From positions 96,412,001-96,476,000 of the forward strand of contig NC_087437.1 of assembly GCF_036321535.1 (NCBI RefSeq): a stretch of DNA of 64,000 bases, written 5' to 3'. How positions within the stretch are numbered: the stretch's first letter is position 1; every line of letters begins with the position of its first letter. Below the pieces are notes generated by a model. The model made no database searches and was not told the DNA's origin. It saw only the letters and a list, made by a program, of their open reading frames with translations. Positions 1 to 13,269 of this stretch are shown here, one piece after another. The position numbers and the translations under genes were made by a program. The DNA comes from Camelus dromedarius. Taxonomy: Eukaryota.

Positions 1-1312
1 CCACAAGTGAGGTACTAGAAGTGTCAGACACTGGTAATTCTTAGCACTCTAAGAGTTAAAATGAAATCAGAATCCCTTTGAGACGATAAACAGAATAAAG
101 TTCTGAAAGCTGGAGGTAATATTTCAACCACAGAGTTTATTACACACAGTTTCGTTGCTAAGCATAGCATGTCCCACAGAACCACAGAAAATTACTATTG
201 CTGATCTCAAAGGTTGAGACTCCATCTCCTCTTGATAATTTCACAGTAAAATGAAGAAGATGTCTCTTGGCTTCTTCACAACACCTTCAATTTTTTCATG
301 CTGGATGTCTTTTCTTTTTATTACTCATCTAAGAAAACTATCAAACACTCAGCTATTAACCTTACTGAGCTATTAAAGGAATGCACTAGTTCTCTCCTTA
401 GAAATGGACACTTACGCCTGATGAACTTTTCACTTTGGTTAATCACCAGTTCTACCAGTGCAGTAAGAATTGTGCACAGATTTCTTACTTGTAGTTTTTA
501 ATGTATATATCCACACAAGAACACTCCAATGTGCTATGTATGTATAGAAACAACAGTGGGCAATTAGGTTATAATCAGGAAAGTGCTAGAGCTTCAGGGT
601 GAGGAAGGTCCCTGAGCAGAAATCCCTACCCGAGATGAATTGTATTTTCTAGAAGACCTGCAAGTTTCTTCAAATTATTCTAAGGTCCATAGGTGGATAA
701 GTGAATTTATTATAATAAATATTTCTTTTCACAAACTCGACAACAAAAAAATCACTTTGGTTGTACTCTCATTTTGGTTATCCTAACAAAAGCAGAATAA
801 TCATCCAGACTGCTCTCTTATCGGATTATTTTATGCTGAACTGCTCTTTAAAAAGAAGTAGAGAGAAAAAACAAAAACAAAAACAAAAAACCTCAGTCGA
901 AAGTATTTTCTCTAGTCCTTACAACTCCCTTGGATTTCAGATATTCAAAATTTTGCTAGTCAATACTTTTTTCTCCTCCCTAATGGAATGCACTGTCTAA
1001 TAGTCGGCTTAGAGCTTCTATTCATATCTCCACGTCCTTGGGTTAGCTAGAATAATTCACTGAAGGCACTGTAATTGAGTCTGGGGTACACCATAAGAGC
1101 ATCCTCGTGTTAGTACAAAAATGTGAACGTGATTCAAAATTCACTATGAATTTTATTATTGCCCATGTGAATGGTTTACAGATAGCCAGGAAATCTGGAA
1201 CTCCTTTCCACACATAACTTGTTTGTTGAATCTCAGAGGTGTTATACAAAGTAAAAGTTACACAAAACAATGAGTCATTCTAAGAAGACAGAACAATCCT
1301 TTATAGTCTAGT

Positions 1313-1831
1313 TGTAGGGGTGGGGCAACTAGTTAGATACGGTCTAGTACAGTCATTGAAGGGACCAAAGACCAATCCAAATGGTACAAAGATTAAAATT
1401 ACCTAAACAAACTACAGCTGCAGAAAGAAACCTTATCTAAACTTAAGGAGAGCCTCCTAAAAATACAGCTGCCATTAAACCTTCTCCAAGGGAGTTTCCA
1501 ACTTGAAATGAGACTGATCCTTAGCACTGCGAGGTACAAATTCGGCTGCCATAAATTCCCTCTTGAGGGGCTTCCAGCCAGAAGGGAGACTGCGCATTGT
1601 CTTCAGGATGAAAATGCCAAATGGAACCCTTCACATTTTCCTACTGAAGTTCCAATCTCTCATTTTTGTTAAGCTGGTATACCTACCCTTGCCCATGGCT
1701 ATTCAGCAAGTTACTCACTACTGGGTACTCCCCTATGCATGTCAATTAAGGTTTCTCTTGTTAATCTGTTGTCACTTAATTTGCAGGTCCTTAACCACTT
1801 GGACTTGCTAGAGGAAGATTTCCCCCCAACA
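1313..1831 (+). mobile_element. ERV1 solo LTR, MER34-like
   Basis: TG...CA termini with imperfect terminal inverted repeat (TGTAGGGG / CCCCAACA). The 3' end 'tttctcttgttaatctg...ttaatttgcagg...tagaggaagatttcccccc' resembles MER34-group LTRs. TSD not convincing. Confidence 0.6.
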
Positions 1832-1849
1832 TCATGCAAGGAATTAAAA

Positions 1850-2040
1850 ACATTATCTCATTAAATAATCTCAATAAACACAATAAATTATTATTTTTAA
1901 TATCATTAATCTCTGTTTACAAATCAGTACATTGAAGCTTAGAGAAACTGTGTGACCAAGGATATATCGGCTGGTATGTGGTAGAACCAGTATTCTGACC
2001 CCAAAATAATCTTCTTTCTAATATTTATTTCCTTACACAC
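1850..2040 (-). mobile_element. MIR SINE fragment
   Basis: 'ttatctcatt...tttacaaatcagtacattgaagcttagagaa...ccaaggat...ctggtatgtggtagaacc' matches the reverse complement of the MIR core. Confidence 0.6.
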
Positions 2041-2589
2041 ACTCTGATATGATTGTTATTGACTTATTCCTTGCGAGTCAATCAGCATTCCTTAAACTTT
2101 TCCAAGTCAAGGCACATGTAGAAAATGGTAACACACTGGTACTGCCCACACCAAAGGAAATGAAAGAGGCTGCTTGTAGCTATATTTGATGACTGGGGCC
2201 AGCCTACTCATGGACCTACCAAACCTCCTCCTCAGTGTCTTATGGATAACACGCAACTCATCTGTGAGGTAAGGTCCAATGGCTGGGAAGCACCAGACCA
2301 AAAAATATCAGCACGACAGTGAGGCTAGTTCAGTTGGTGGTGATAGGGAGCAGTGCTGAGAACCACCAAAAGACATAAAAATAATATCAGAAAATATCAA
2401 AAAAGTGAAGAAAATACAGAATAGGGAAGTATTAGAAAGACCTCAGAAATGAAGTATTATAGAAAAGAAGTCAGCCTCTGTAGGCTTCAAGTGCCTGGTA
2501 ATTGTGATTGCCCATTTTTTAGTTCTAGCTGAAATATTTTCTAACACTATTCAGTATCTCCATATGTATGGTTCAGAGACATGACAAAA

Positions 2590-2795
2590 CTCAGTGTTTC
2601 CTAATTCATGATTTCTCCCTTTAGACTCCTTTGCCTGTTTCAGGGTATAGCTCTACCATCCATCTGGCCAACTTTACAGATCAGAAACTTGAGAGATCTT
2701 TGGACACCTATCTTCCTCAACCTCCATACTTAAGCTATTAACGTTTCTTTTAATTTTCCCTCCAGAATAGCTCTCAGAACCATCTAACTTTCCCC
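2590..2795 (+). mobile_element. L2 LINE fragment (5' part, interrupted by MER58B)
   Basis: Degenerate L2 motifs 'accatccatc...cagaaacttgagagatctttggacacc...ccagaatagctctcagaacc'. Confidence 0.5.
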
Positions 2796-2799
2796 TAAA

Positions 2800-3146
2800 T
2801 AGACTTCAAAAAAACATGGAAGAGTGCTGTTTTCATATAGCCCACAGATAAAAATGCTTTTAAAATCTTTAAAGGTAAAAACAAACAAACAAACAAACAA
2901 ACAAACAAACAAACAAACAAACAGGAGATTACTATATCATGACACATTAAATTACATGGAATTCAAATTTTAGGATCAATAAAAATTGTTTTATTGGAAG
3001 ATAAACATGCTTCTTCATTTATATATCATCTGTGATTGCTCTGGCACTAACAATGAAGTCCTGAGTAGTTGCAACAGAGACTGTGAGCAGGCAACTCCTA
3101 AAACATTTACTATGCAGCACTTTACAGAAAAATCTCCCCATCTCTG
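2800..3146 (+). mobile_element. MER58B hAT-Charlie DNA transposon
   Basis: 'gaattcaaatttt...gttttattggaa...gagtagttgcaacagagactgt...ctaaaacatttactat...ctttacagaaaaa' follows the MER58B consensus order. Confidence 0.75.
2879..2923 (+). repeat. (ACAA)n microsatellite inside MER58B
   Basis: About 11 perfect ACAA units. Confidence 0.95.
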
Positions 3147-3149
3147 TTG

Positions 3150-3756
3150 TAGACTATCCATGGTCTTTTAGCTGAAGGGATATAATGACCACCCAGAAAA
3201 CGGTCTATAAACCTTTCAGTCGCTCTAATCTCTCCTTCAAGCAGCTAGATTTTATCTTTTCAAATGCAAATCTTATCTCTCTCTTAAGCTTTGGAAAGTC
3301 TTCCCATTGTTTTTTACAAAATGGCCTGCTGGGTCCCACTTTCTCTGGTTAAAGAATTTCTCTGCAGCCTCTTAAGTAACACTTTCTGCTCACTGCTCAC
3401 AGATGCCTGCTTTCAATTCCTCTGCTCCTAATGTTCCCATTTACATGGAAATCCACTTTCTTTTCTTACCTGTTCCTTGCCCAGTTAGTCCCATTTAGGC
3501 TTTGGTTTTAGCTCTACTTTCACTTCTTCAGGGAAGTCTTACCACACCCTCCTTCTCCAACGTATTAGTTTGGCCCTCTGTCCTATGAATGGTATCCTTC
3601 TCCTTTACTGGATCTATTATAGTTTACTATATAAGATTATTTATTTAATATTCTTCTCCATTAAGTTATAAATTCTGCAAAGGAAGGAATTTTGTTTGTT
3701 TTGCTCATCCCTTTGATACTCAGTGAACATTTGTGAAGTGAGTTAATGAACGAACA
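3150..3756 (+). mobile_element. L2 LINE 3' end
   Basis: 'tcacttcttcagggaagtctt', 'tataaattctgcaaaggaaggaattttgtttgttttgctc', and a terminal 'actcagtgaacatttgtgaagtgagttaatgaa' tail. Confidence 0.6.
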
Positions 3757-3884
3757 CTAGCAAGATCCTAAGTCTATGTTTATCACTCCCCCACAAGCCA
3801 TTAGGGTCAATTACAAATGTATTTAAAGAGGATATGATATACATTTTTAATTAATAACTTTTTAAATACTTATTTCCTTTAAAG

Positions 3885-4094
3885 CAGTGTTGTCAGATGA
3901 AAATAAAATAAATATACAAATAAGTAAAACAGAATGATCTCTGAAATCTGAATTTAAGATGAACAACAAATACTTTTTCAATATAGGCATGTTCCATACA
4001 AAAATTTTGTCTCAATAGTAAGAAAAAAAACAATTTGTTGTTTATCTGAAATTCAAATTTAACTGGACATCCTGCATTCAATCCGGCAACCCTA
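3885..4094 (+). mobile_element. MER53 palindromic hAT-type MITE
   Basis: Termini 'cagtgttgtcagat' and 'atccggcaacccta'. Right arm 'ttgttgtttatctgaaattcaaatttaactggacatcctg' is complementary to left arm 'tgaatttaagatgaacaacaaa'. Confidence 0.8.
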
Positions 4095-6422
4095 GTTTAA
4101 TGAGGTCTCTAATGAAAAGTAAATTTGACTTGATTATTGAGGTTCTAACTAGGCATTAGTATAAACAGACAATAAAATTATCAAAGAAGGTGACTGACAG
4201 AAATGAAGGGATATGGCATTTTAATGTAATAATGCTTGCCTATGAAATTGAAAAGGTCATAATGTTAGAAATAAGAAAATCACCAGAATCAAAAACAAAC
4301 TACCAACAAACTAATCTAATCAGAAAACAAACCAAAAAAGGACCAAACAACATGCAGATAAAACAGATTTAGCAACTAGTTCTGAGTCTCTATGAAAACC
4401 TTTGGATTCTCCCAAAAATATAAAATGTGGTGACATAAAAGTGCAAAGAACTAAGCTGAGGGAAAGTGGGGATGGGATACAGGTACAGCAATTTACTTAG
4501 AAGGGAGGGAAGGGGAGGGGATCTTGAAGTTTTGTGAAAATAAATCACTTTGCTTCTTAGAATATAGATTTAGTTTGAATTAAAGCTAATAGCAAGTTAT
4601 ATGTCACAATTTTATGTCTGTAACTTAAAAAAAAAAGTCAGTATTTAAAAAATAAACAACTCCTAGCATTTTCAATGCTTCTAACAGACTTGCACTAGAC
4701 TATCACAAAGAAATTTATTGACAAACTACAGATACTTATCATTATCTATACAAGCTCAAGGTAACACACAGAACATTTAATAATAAAGAATGCTGACAAA
4801 GTTCATTTATTTTATTTACCTAGGCAAATTTATTTTTAACACCCTTCCTATCTATCTTGCATCTCATAAAAAAAAGTATGATCAATAAATTTTTGTTTTA
4901 TACAATCTAATTTTCTACAAGTGTCAAATTCCTGGCTACTTCTGGGTAAAATAAATCCTTCTAGGGCTTCTAAATTTGGTGGGGTTTAATTACTTTCTAA
5001 TTCTTGCAAATTACTGCACCTGCAACTGGAATATCTAAGGAGCTCCCTCTCCCACCCATCCTAACACCCATCTCCCTGCACTTGATTAATGAAGGTTTGG
5101 TCAGGCCACTGTATGCTAGTGATATTACCTTGAGTGCTCAAGTGGAAAGTGGGGGACTCCATCCCTAGTAATGCTGGGAACACAGCAGAAATTTAGTACT
5201 TCAATTTCTACACTTAGCACCTATGTATTGTCCTTTTTCTCTGACTGAAGGACTGAATTAAGAAATCTGTATTTTAACTGCTTTCCTTTCCTGAGCAGTC
5301 TATATTTGTCTTCTCTACACTATCTGTTCTGGTAGGCAACCCAACCCCATCACACATTTACACTTTTACAGGTAAAGGTGTTCTTCAGTGATCTTTGATT
5401 TCTGAAGGCTCACTGGATGGGAATAATTGCAGAATACTCTGGAAAGGCATATTTGAAGTGTTTAAATCATCATAGGTAAATTTTGTTTTTCTAAAACAGA
5501 TGCTTTCTGCCTGAAAGGACAGACACACACATTCATCTGCTTTCTAAATTTTATTGTTATGCTATAAGGTTCTGAAATAATCTCTCTTTTGAATTTCACT
5601 TGATCACACTCCAACCACGGTGTATAATAGTTCCCAGCCCTCTAAGCTGACATACAAATGCATTTTCCATTATTGTTCACATCCCTGCCTGCCTAGACAG
5701 ATTTTCCCAGGTGCTTCAGCTTTAGCAGTTCAATGAACGTGTCCCTGAGAAGTGAATAAAATCCAGTTGTTTTCTTGCTTCTTTTGCATCTTTTCCCAAG
5801 AACATTTGATTCCTATTTAGATACTCATGCACCACTTTCTATTCAAGATGGAGCAGGAAGTCAGGGTGAGAAAGAACTCTAATCATTAAACACGAGAAGA
5901 ACAATTTTGTTTCCATTAAGGCTTTCTGCCAGGGACAAAAACAAAGCAAAACAAAATGGAACAACAAAATAAAAAGGAACACAAAACAAACTCATCAACA
6001 GCTTTTGCTACAAAGATTTTGCATGTCTTGCAGGCGTATTATAACAATTTATCTCACCAAGAGGTTATTTATACAATAATTATTTGATATGAATACTATA
6101 AGCTATTCTGAACAAGGAATTCTAGGAAAGGTAATAAAATTTTATGCCTTTGGTTTCTTTATTGGAGTGATATTTTTTAAGTCTATTTTTCTAAAGAGAT
6201 TATTATCTAGATATAAAATCTCAGTACATAATAATAAATGCTAATAATTTAAAGTGTGTGTACTACTCAGAAATAAAGCATAGCATTTATAGATGAATTG
6301 TACATATACATCAAGTTATTTACATCTTAATGTAACTTTAACTTTTTTTAATGCTGAATATTTACCAAGGTCAAGAATAAAACCTGAAGCTTATAAAGAC
6401 TGCTTTATTTTGTTTTCCTGGT

Positions 6423-6851
6423 TGTTAAGGGTTGAGTTGTGTCCCACAAAACAGTATATTGAAGTCTTAACAACCAGTAATTCAGACTGTCACCTTGTTT
6501 GAAAATAGGTTTGTAGCAGAGGTAAATCAGTTAAGACGAGGGAATACTGAAGTAGTGTGAATTCTTAACTCAACATGATCAATATACTTAAAAAAAGGTG
6601 TGAAAATACAAGAAAAGATTGCCCTTTGAAGATGGAAGCCAAAAGTTACATAGCTACAAGTCAAAAGCACCAAGAATTGAGAGCTACCCACCAGAAGCCA
6701 GAAAGAGGAAAGGATGTATTCTATTGAGTCTCAGGGGGAATATGGCCCTGCTAACACCTTAACTTCAGATTTCTTGACTTAAGAATTATGAGAGAATACA
6801 TTTCTATTTTAAGCCAACAAGTTTATTGCACTTTGTTTTGAAAACTAACAC
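6423..6851 (+). mobile_element. MLT1B-like MaLR solo LTR
   Basis: Starts 'tgttaagggttgagttgtgtccc', contains 'gaagatggaagc', 'ccaccagaagc', 'tggccctgctaacacctt' and 'ttttaagcca', and ends 'aaactaacaca'. Confidence 0.8.
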
Positions 6852-6966
6852 ATCTGTTTACCTTTGATACTTCCAGTGAGGATAAAATTTGAAAAAAGAT
6901 TTTTTTTGAGAATATATTGCTTCTTTCTTATGCTTGAACTAGCAGTTCAAAAGTGGAAATACAGAT

Positions 6967-9948
6967 GGAGAAGAGATCAAGATGGTGGAGTAGGAAAACC
7001 TTGAACTTACCTCCTCCCATTCCCATGGGCACACCAAAAATGTAATTACTTAGGGTAGTAATAAATATTTGCTACTGATCAACCAATGATTCATTGGATA
7101 AATAAAAGTAGAAATCAAAAATACCTGGAGACAAATGAAAATAGAAACATAGCACTCTGAAATTGATGGCAAATAGCAAAAGCAGTTCAGTTCTAAGAGG
7201 GAAGTCTGTAGTGATACAGGTCTACCTTAGGAAACCAAAAAAATGTCAAATAAACAATGTAACATTACATCTAAAGGAATTAGAAAAAGAGGAACAAACA
7301 AAACCCAAAGTCAGTAGAAAAAAGGAAATAATAAAGATTAGAGCAGAAATAAATGAAATAGTAAAAAAAAAAATCAATAAAACTAAGTACTTGTTCTTTG
7401 AAAAGATAAACAAAATTGATAAACCCCTAGCCAGACTAAGGAAGGGGGGGGGGGGAGGATCCAGATAAATAAAATCAGAAATTAAAGAGGAGATTCTATA
7501 AACACCACCACAAAACTACAAAGGATCATGAGAGATTACTACAATTATATGCTAACAAATTAGACAACATAGAAAAAAATGGATCAATTCCTACAAACAT
7601 AAAATCTTTTAAGACTGAATCAAGAAAGAGAAAATGTGAACAGACTGAGCACTAGTAATGAAATTGATCAGTACTAAACAAAACAAAACAAAAAACCTCC
7701 CAGCAAGTGAAAGTCCTGGACTAGACTTTTTCAAAGGGTAATTATACCAAACATTTAAATAAAAGTTAACACCAGTCCTTCTCAAACTATTCCAAAATAT
7801 TGAGGAGGAAGGAATGCTTCCAAATTCATCCTATGAGGCCAGCATTCCTCTGAATTCAAAACTAAATAAAGACACTACAGAAAAAGAAAATTATAGGTCA
7901 ATATTCCAGATAAACATAGATGCAAAAATCCTCAACAAAATATCAGCAAATTTAATTTAAGGATACATTAAAAGGGTCATACACCATGATGAAGTGGGAT
8001 TTGCCCTAGGGATGCAAGAATAGTTCAATCTACAAATCAATCAGTGTGATACACCATATTAACAAAATGAAGGATAAAAATCATATGATTAGCTCAATAG
8101 ATGCAGAAAAATTCTGACAAAATTCAATATCCATTTATGATAAAAAACTCTCAACAAAATGGGTGTAGAGGGAACATACCTCAACATAATAAAGGCCATA
8201 TATGACAAACCCAGAGTGAACATCATACTCAGTGGTGAAAAGATAAAAGCATTCCCCATAAGATCTGAAACAAGAGAACGATGCCCACTCTTGCCAATTT
8301 TATTCAACATAATAATGGAAGTCTGAGCCATAGCAATCAGAAAAAAAAAAAAGAAAAAAGAAAGAAAAATAATCTAAATTGGAAAAGAAGTCGTCAAACT
8401 GTCACAGCTTACAGATAACATGATGCAATACATAGAAGATGCTAAAAGCTCCACCAGAATCTGTTAGAACAAATAAATAAATTCAGTAAAGTTGCAGGAA
8501 ACAAAAACAATCTGTTGAATTTCTATGCACTAATAATTAACTATCAGAAAAAGAAATTAACATCACAATCCTCTTTACAATTGCACTGAGAATAAAATAC
8601 CTAGGAATAAATCTAATCAAGGAGGTTAAACTCTCCTGTATTCTGAAAGCTATAAGACATTGATGGGGGAAAAAAAAAAAAGATGACATAAACAAATGGA
8701 AAGATACACTGTGCTCATGGATTGGAAGAATTAATATCATTAAAATGTCCATACAACCCAAGGCAATGTACAGATTCAATTCATTCCTATTAAAATACCA
8801 ATGGCTTTTTTTTTTTTTTTGAGAAAGAACAAAGCTGAAGGTATCACCCTTCCTCATTTCAAATTATACTACATATCTACAGTAATCAAAACAGTATGGT
8901 ACTGGCATACAAACAGATATATAGATCAATGAAACTGAACAGAGAGCCTAGAAAAAGAAAATGTAATTATATGATCAATTAATCTACAACAAAGGAGGCA
9001 AGAATACACAGTGAGGAAAAGACAGTCTCTTCAACAAATAGTGTTGGGAAAAACTGGACAGCTGCGTGCAAAGGAATGACACTGGGACGACTTTCTCAAT
9101 GCATATACCTGTCCCCCCAAAAACGCACAACAACAAAACAAAAAACAACTCAAAATGGATTAAAGACTTAAACATAAAACCTGAAACCATGAAACTTCTA
9201 AAAGAAAAGATCTTTGACAGTGATCTTAGCTATATTTTTTGCATCTATTTCCTCAGATAAGGGGAAAAAAAGCAAAACTAAACAAATGGGACTACATCAA
9301 ACTAAAATCTTTTTGCATGATGAAGGAAACCATCAACAAAATGAAATGGCAGCCTACTAAATGGGAGAAGATAATTGGAAATCACATATCTGATAAGGAG
9401 TTAATATTCAAAATATATAAAGAAATAACAACTCAATATAAAAAAGCAATCCAATTAATAAATAGGCAGAGAACTTGAAGAGATGGGCAGAGAACCTGGA
9501 CAGATGCTTTTCCAAGGAAGACACAGAGATGTTTAACAGACATATGAAAAGATGCTCGATACCACTAATCACCATGGAAATGCAAATTAAAACTACAATG
9601 AGATATCACCCCACACCTGTCAGAATAGTTAGCATAAAAAGACAACAATAACAGGTGTTAGTGAGGATGTAGAGAAAAGGGAACCCTGGAGCATTCTTGG
9701 TGGAACTGTAAATTGGTGGTAGCTACTATGGAAAATAGTTTGGAGGTTCCTCCAGTAATTCAAAGTAGAACTAATAAATGATCCAGCAATTTCACTTCTG
9801 AGTATTTACCCAAAGGAAAAACACTAATTCAAAAAGATATATGTACCCCTATGTTTACAGCAGCATTATTTGTAGTAGCCAAGATATGGAAGCCATCTAA
9901 GTGTGCAAAGATGGATGAATGGATAAAGAAGTTATAAAATTATGAGTG

Positions 9949-9984
<36 letters not shown>

Positions 9985-10256
9985 TACACACACACACATG
10001 CACACACACACACAATGGTGTATTACTCAGTCATAATAAAGAATGAAATCTTGCCATTTGAAATAACCTGGATGGATCTAGAGGATTATGCTAAATGAAA
10101 TAAGTCAGACAGAGAAAGACAAATACCATATGATCTCCCTTACATATGGCATCTAAAAAGCAAATCATACAAACAAAACAAAAGGAAAACAGATTTATAG
10201 GGAGAATAAAAGGTTGGCTGCCAGAGGTGAGGCAGTTGGAGGGAGTGGGTGAAATT
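6967..10256 (+). mobile_element. Degenerate LINE-1: ~85 bp of 5' UTR joined to the post-endonuclease part of ORF2 (RT, C-terminal), plus a partial 3' UTR with no poly(A)
   Basis: 5' 'gagatcaagatggtggagtagga...acctcctccca'. ORF2 peptides [66 protein letters not shown] and [13 protein letters not shown]. Many stops and frameshifts. Confidence 0.95.
9949..10014 (+). repeat. Compound (TA)n(CA)n microsatellite within L1
   Basis: Directly visible. Confidence 0.95.
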
Positions 10257-10439
10257 CTCTGGTGACTTTCTTTTCAGAGGGAAAGGTAGATTTTAGGCTG
10301 TACCTCTTTTCTACTTTTCCTAAAATCTTGCTTTTCATTTCCTTACCTCATCTCCTAATAATTCATCTGATTTAGGAGTAGCACCAGGCTCCTCCATGTT
10401 TTTTTCTCACATTAGAAAAACAGCTTTTGGTGCCAGAAC

Positions 10440-10670
10440 ATGTAGGTTAAGAGTTGGGATTTTGAATGGGGTTAGAAATCTTAGATTCAAATTTTGGTTC
10501 TATTCCTTGATTACTGAGTGAGTGTGGATAAGGTTCTAAACTCACCTAAGTTCATTTTTCACAGTTGTGATTCATAAAACTGTTGTAAGAATTCAATGAT
10601 AAAATACACATAAGCCATTTTCAAAATGCGTGGCATACAGTAACTTTTCAATAAATATGACTTATTATTT
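10440..10670 (+). mobile_element. MIR SINE
   Basis: 'ggttaagagt...gattcaaattttggttct...tgttgtaagaattcaatga...tggcatacagtaac...caataaatat'. Confidence 0.7.
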
Positions 10671-10829
10671 GTATTATGATAATTCAAGAGAAATCAAATG
10701 GTATCATCTCATTCCAAACTAAACACTTCTCTCCCCATCCCCAATTTTAAGCAAACTTTATCCATTTTCTCAAAGTACTTCTCAATTTTTTTCTTTAATC
10801 CTCATCTAAGCAAAATATTCTTTGTTTCT

Positions 10830-12220
10830 AGTAATGAAAAATAATAGAAAATAATGTAACAGGTCCCTATATTTCATTCATCCAGATTTAGTAAACACTA
10901 AATATGCCATGCATGTTTTATATGTTTTAACAAGTCAAACATTATGGAGACAAAGCCCCAACTATTTACCATCTCCTGCAGAATTAACACTCTCTTGTGG
11001 TATAGTTCCCTGCATATTTTAACTGTTTACTAATATGCATTTTCCCTAGAATGGTATATAAAATTTTACTTCTTAAAAATGTTCATAAACGTTTAAGACT
11101 TCAATTTTCTCACTCAATATTATGATTTTGTTATTTTTTCTACATTGATGTGTATGTCTCGATTATTTAACTGCTGTAAAGTATCCCACTGTATGATCAT
11201 TTCAATTGTTTATGCATTTGTTAACTGTCAATATCCAATAAATGAGAAAAAGTATACATCTATAACTCGACTGTTTCACTTTTAGATAAATATCTGAGAG
11301 AAATTCTTGATGTGTATTTGTAAGATTAAAATAATTACAATAATTACAACAATGTTTGCAAGAACATTATTTTAAATCTTAAAAATAGTCATGCCTTACA
11401 AAGAAAATGAAGAAAAATGTGAAAGATTTTCTTTATAATCATACCCAGTCCCACAACCTCTGAGGAAATAACTAATTTTATTTTAACCATTTGGTGTGTA
11501 TTAACATTTTAACCATTTGGTGTGTATCCAGTTGTTTTTCTTTGTAGTTACTCTTTTTCACATACACAATCACAGAACTTTCTTTTAATGAGCTATTAAT
11601 GAAATCATGATGAGTAAACTATCCTCCAACTTTTTCATGTAACATAGAACTTTCCATGGCACTATTCACATCTGGCTCATTCTTTTTAATGGTTGCATAA
11701 TATTGTATTGTGCCCAAGAATGAAAATTTACTTATTTATTTTCCTATTGAAGGAAAACAAGCTATGCCCACATACATAAGGACTGCTACAGAATGGAGTC
11801 CCAGATGTGAAACTGCTAAATCAAAAAGTAATGAAAATAAACATCTTTTTAAATGTATACTGGACACTGTATATTTTAGTCAATTTTTTTTTCTGCTTTG
11901 TCCATTTTTCTTTTGAGTTGTTTGTCTCAGATTGATAGCTGCCATTATATAGTGTGTATATCAATACTTGGTTATATACGGTATTAATGTTTATCTCTGG
12001 CTGGCACTGGTTGTACAACTTAAATTGTGGTGTATTTCACCTTATACAAATTTTAATTGTTTTATACTGCAACTTTTTCCTAAGTTCTGTATTTTTTGTT
12101 TTGCTTGAGAAGTTATTTTTCATTTTAGGATTATACTAAATAAGTCTCCTAAGAATTCTTCTAGTACTTTCATTGTTTTATATTTAAATTTTTAATTTAT
12201 CTAAAATTATTTTTTCCCCA
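10830..12220 (-). mobile_element. Highly decayed ancient L1 (L1ME-like) fragments
   Basis: T-rich blocks such as 'ttaactgctgtaaagtatcccactgtatga', 'ctcattctttttaatggttgcataatattgtattgtg' and 'ctgctttgtccatttttc' resemble antisense old L1 3' regions. Confidence 0.4.
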
Positions 12221-12254
12221 AGTTGATAAATCTTCTTCCTACTTATACCTAAAT

Positions 12255-12472
12255 CACTAGAATTCTTGCAAATCCACACTTCAAAATACTTCCCAAATCA
12301 ACCATTTCTCAGAAACTCCACTGCTGCCACCATGGAAGCCATCATCATATCCCTTTACTCAGCCTGATACAACCACCTCTTAACAACCATGATACTATGA
12401 TTCTTATCACAGTAAGCAAGCTATTTTCATGAAATACAAAGCAGTTTGTATCATTCCCCCTGTGTAAAGGCC
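12255..12472 (+). mobile_element. L2 fragment (5' of L1 insertion)
   Basis: 'cttcaaaatacttcccaaatcaaccatttctc...ctccactgctgccacc...aagccatcatc'. Confidence 0.6.
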
Positions 12473-12474
12473 TC

Positions 12475-12820
12475 GTGTACATACAACTGTATGAATGAAT
12501 GGCAAATGCATTTTGCTAAGTGAAAGAAGCCAGACTCCAAAGGCTACATATGATATGAACTAACTGATAAGATATTGTTTAAAATACAAAGCTATAGTGA
12601 CAGAGAGCAGAGACATGGTTGCCGGGAACTGGGGGTGGGAGGAGGAGCTGACTTCAAACAGACGTGTTGGAAATTTTTGGAGTGACAAAAATTTTCTTTG
12701 TTTTGATGGTGTAAGGTGGTTATATAACTCCATGTGTTTATCAAAACTCATAGAACTATACACTAAAAAGAGTGAACTTTGCCATATGTCAATTATACCT
12801 TCATAAACTTGACTTAACAA
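12475..12820 (+). mobile_element. Old L1 3' end (L1MD/L1ME-like) inserted in L2
   Basis: 'tgctaagtgaaagaagccagactccaaaggctacata...ggttgcc...tcaaaactcatagaactatacactaaaaagagtgaa...tgtcaattatacct'. Confidence 0.8.
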
Positions 12821-12821
12821 A

Positions 12822-13038
12822 GAACCCTCTGGTGGCCCTCTATCATATTTGGAATGAAATGTAATTTCCTATCATAGTTTATAAGGCTCTGCTTGAAATC
12901 GAGCCTGTCTGCTTCTCAACTTTATCTCCCACGCCTTTCCTATCAACACCTTCTGACCCAAGGTGGCAGGGCTTTTTACTCTCTTGGAACCAAGCCAAGC
13001 TTGTTCCCTTTTCAAGGCATTGTACTTGCTCTTTTCCA
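12822..13038 (+). mobile_element. L2 fragment (resumes after L1)
   Basis: 'ccctctggtggc...tataaggctctgc...gccaagcttgttccc...caaggcattgtacttgct'. Confidence 0.6.
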
Positions 13039-13269
13039 GGGCAGAAACGCCTTTCTGTGCGACTATAAACATGTTAGAATCACTAGCTTCTAAAAAAAAT
13101 ATCTATGTTCAGGCATTGGCCCCAGAAATTCTGATTGAAACAACACCCTCATTCAACATACTTCTGAACTTGGAGACATCACAGAGATACGGTTATTTCA
13201 AATGACAACCGTGTTCCTTATCTAAGACTAAGCTTTTGGCTTCCCAAAGGTATCTTGGTCTCACTCATA

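Noticed and set aside
7163..9478. ORFs 7163-7468, 9066-9260, 9239-9478 and antisense ORFs as genes
   Set aside because: They are broken L1 ORF2 fragments or their antisense shadows, with many stops and frameshifts.
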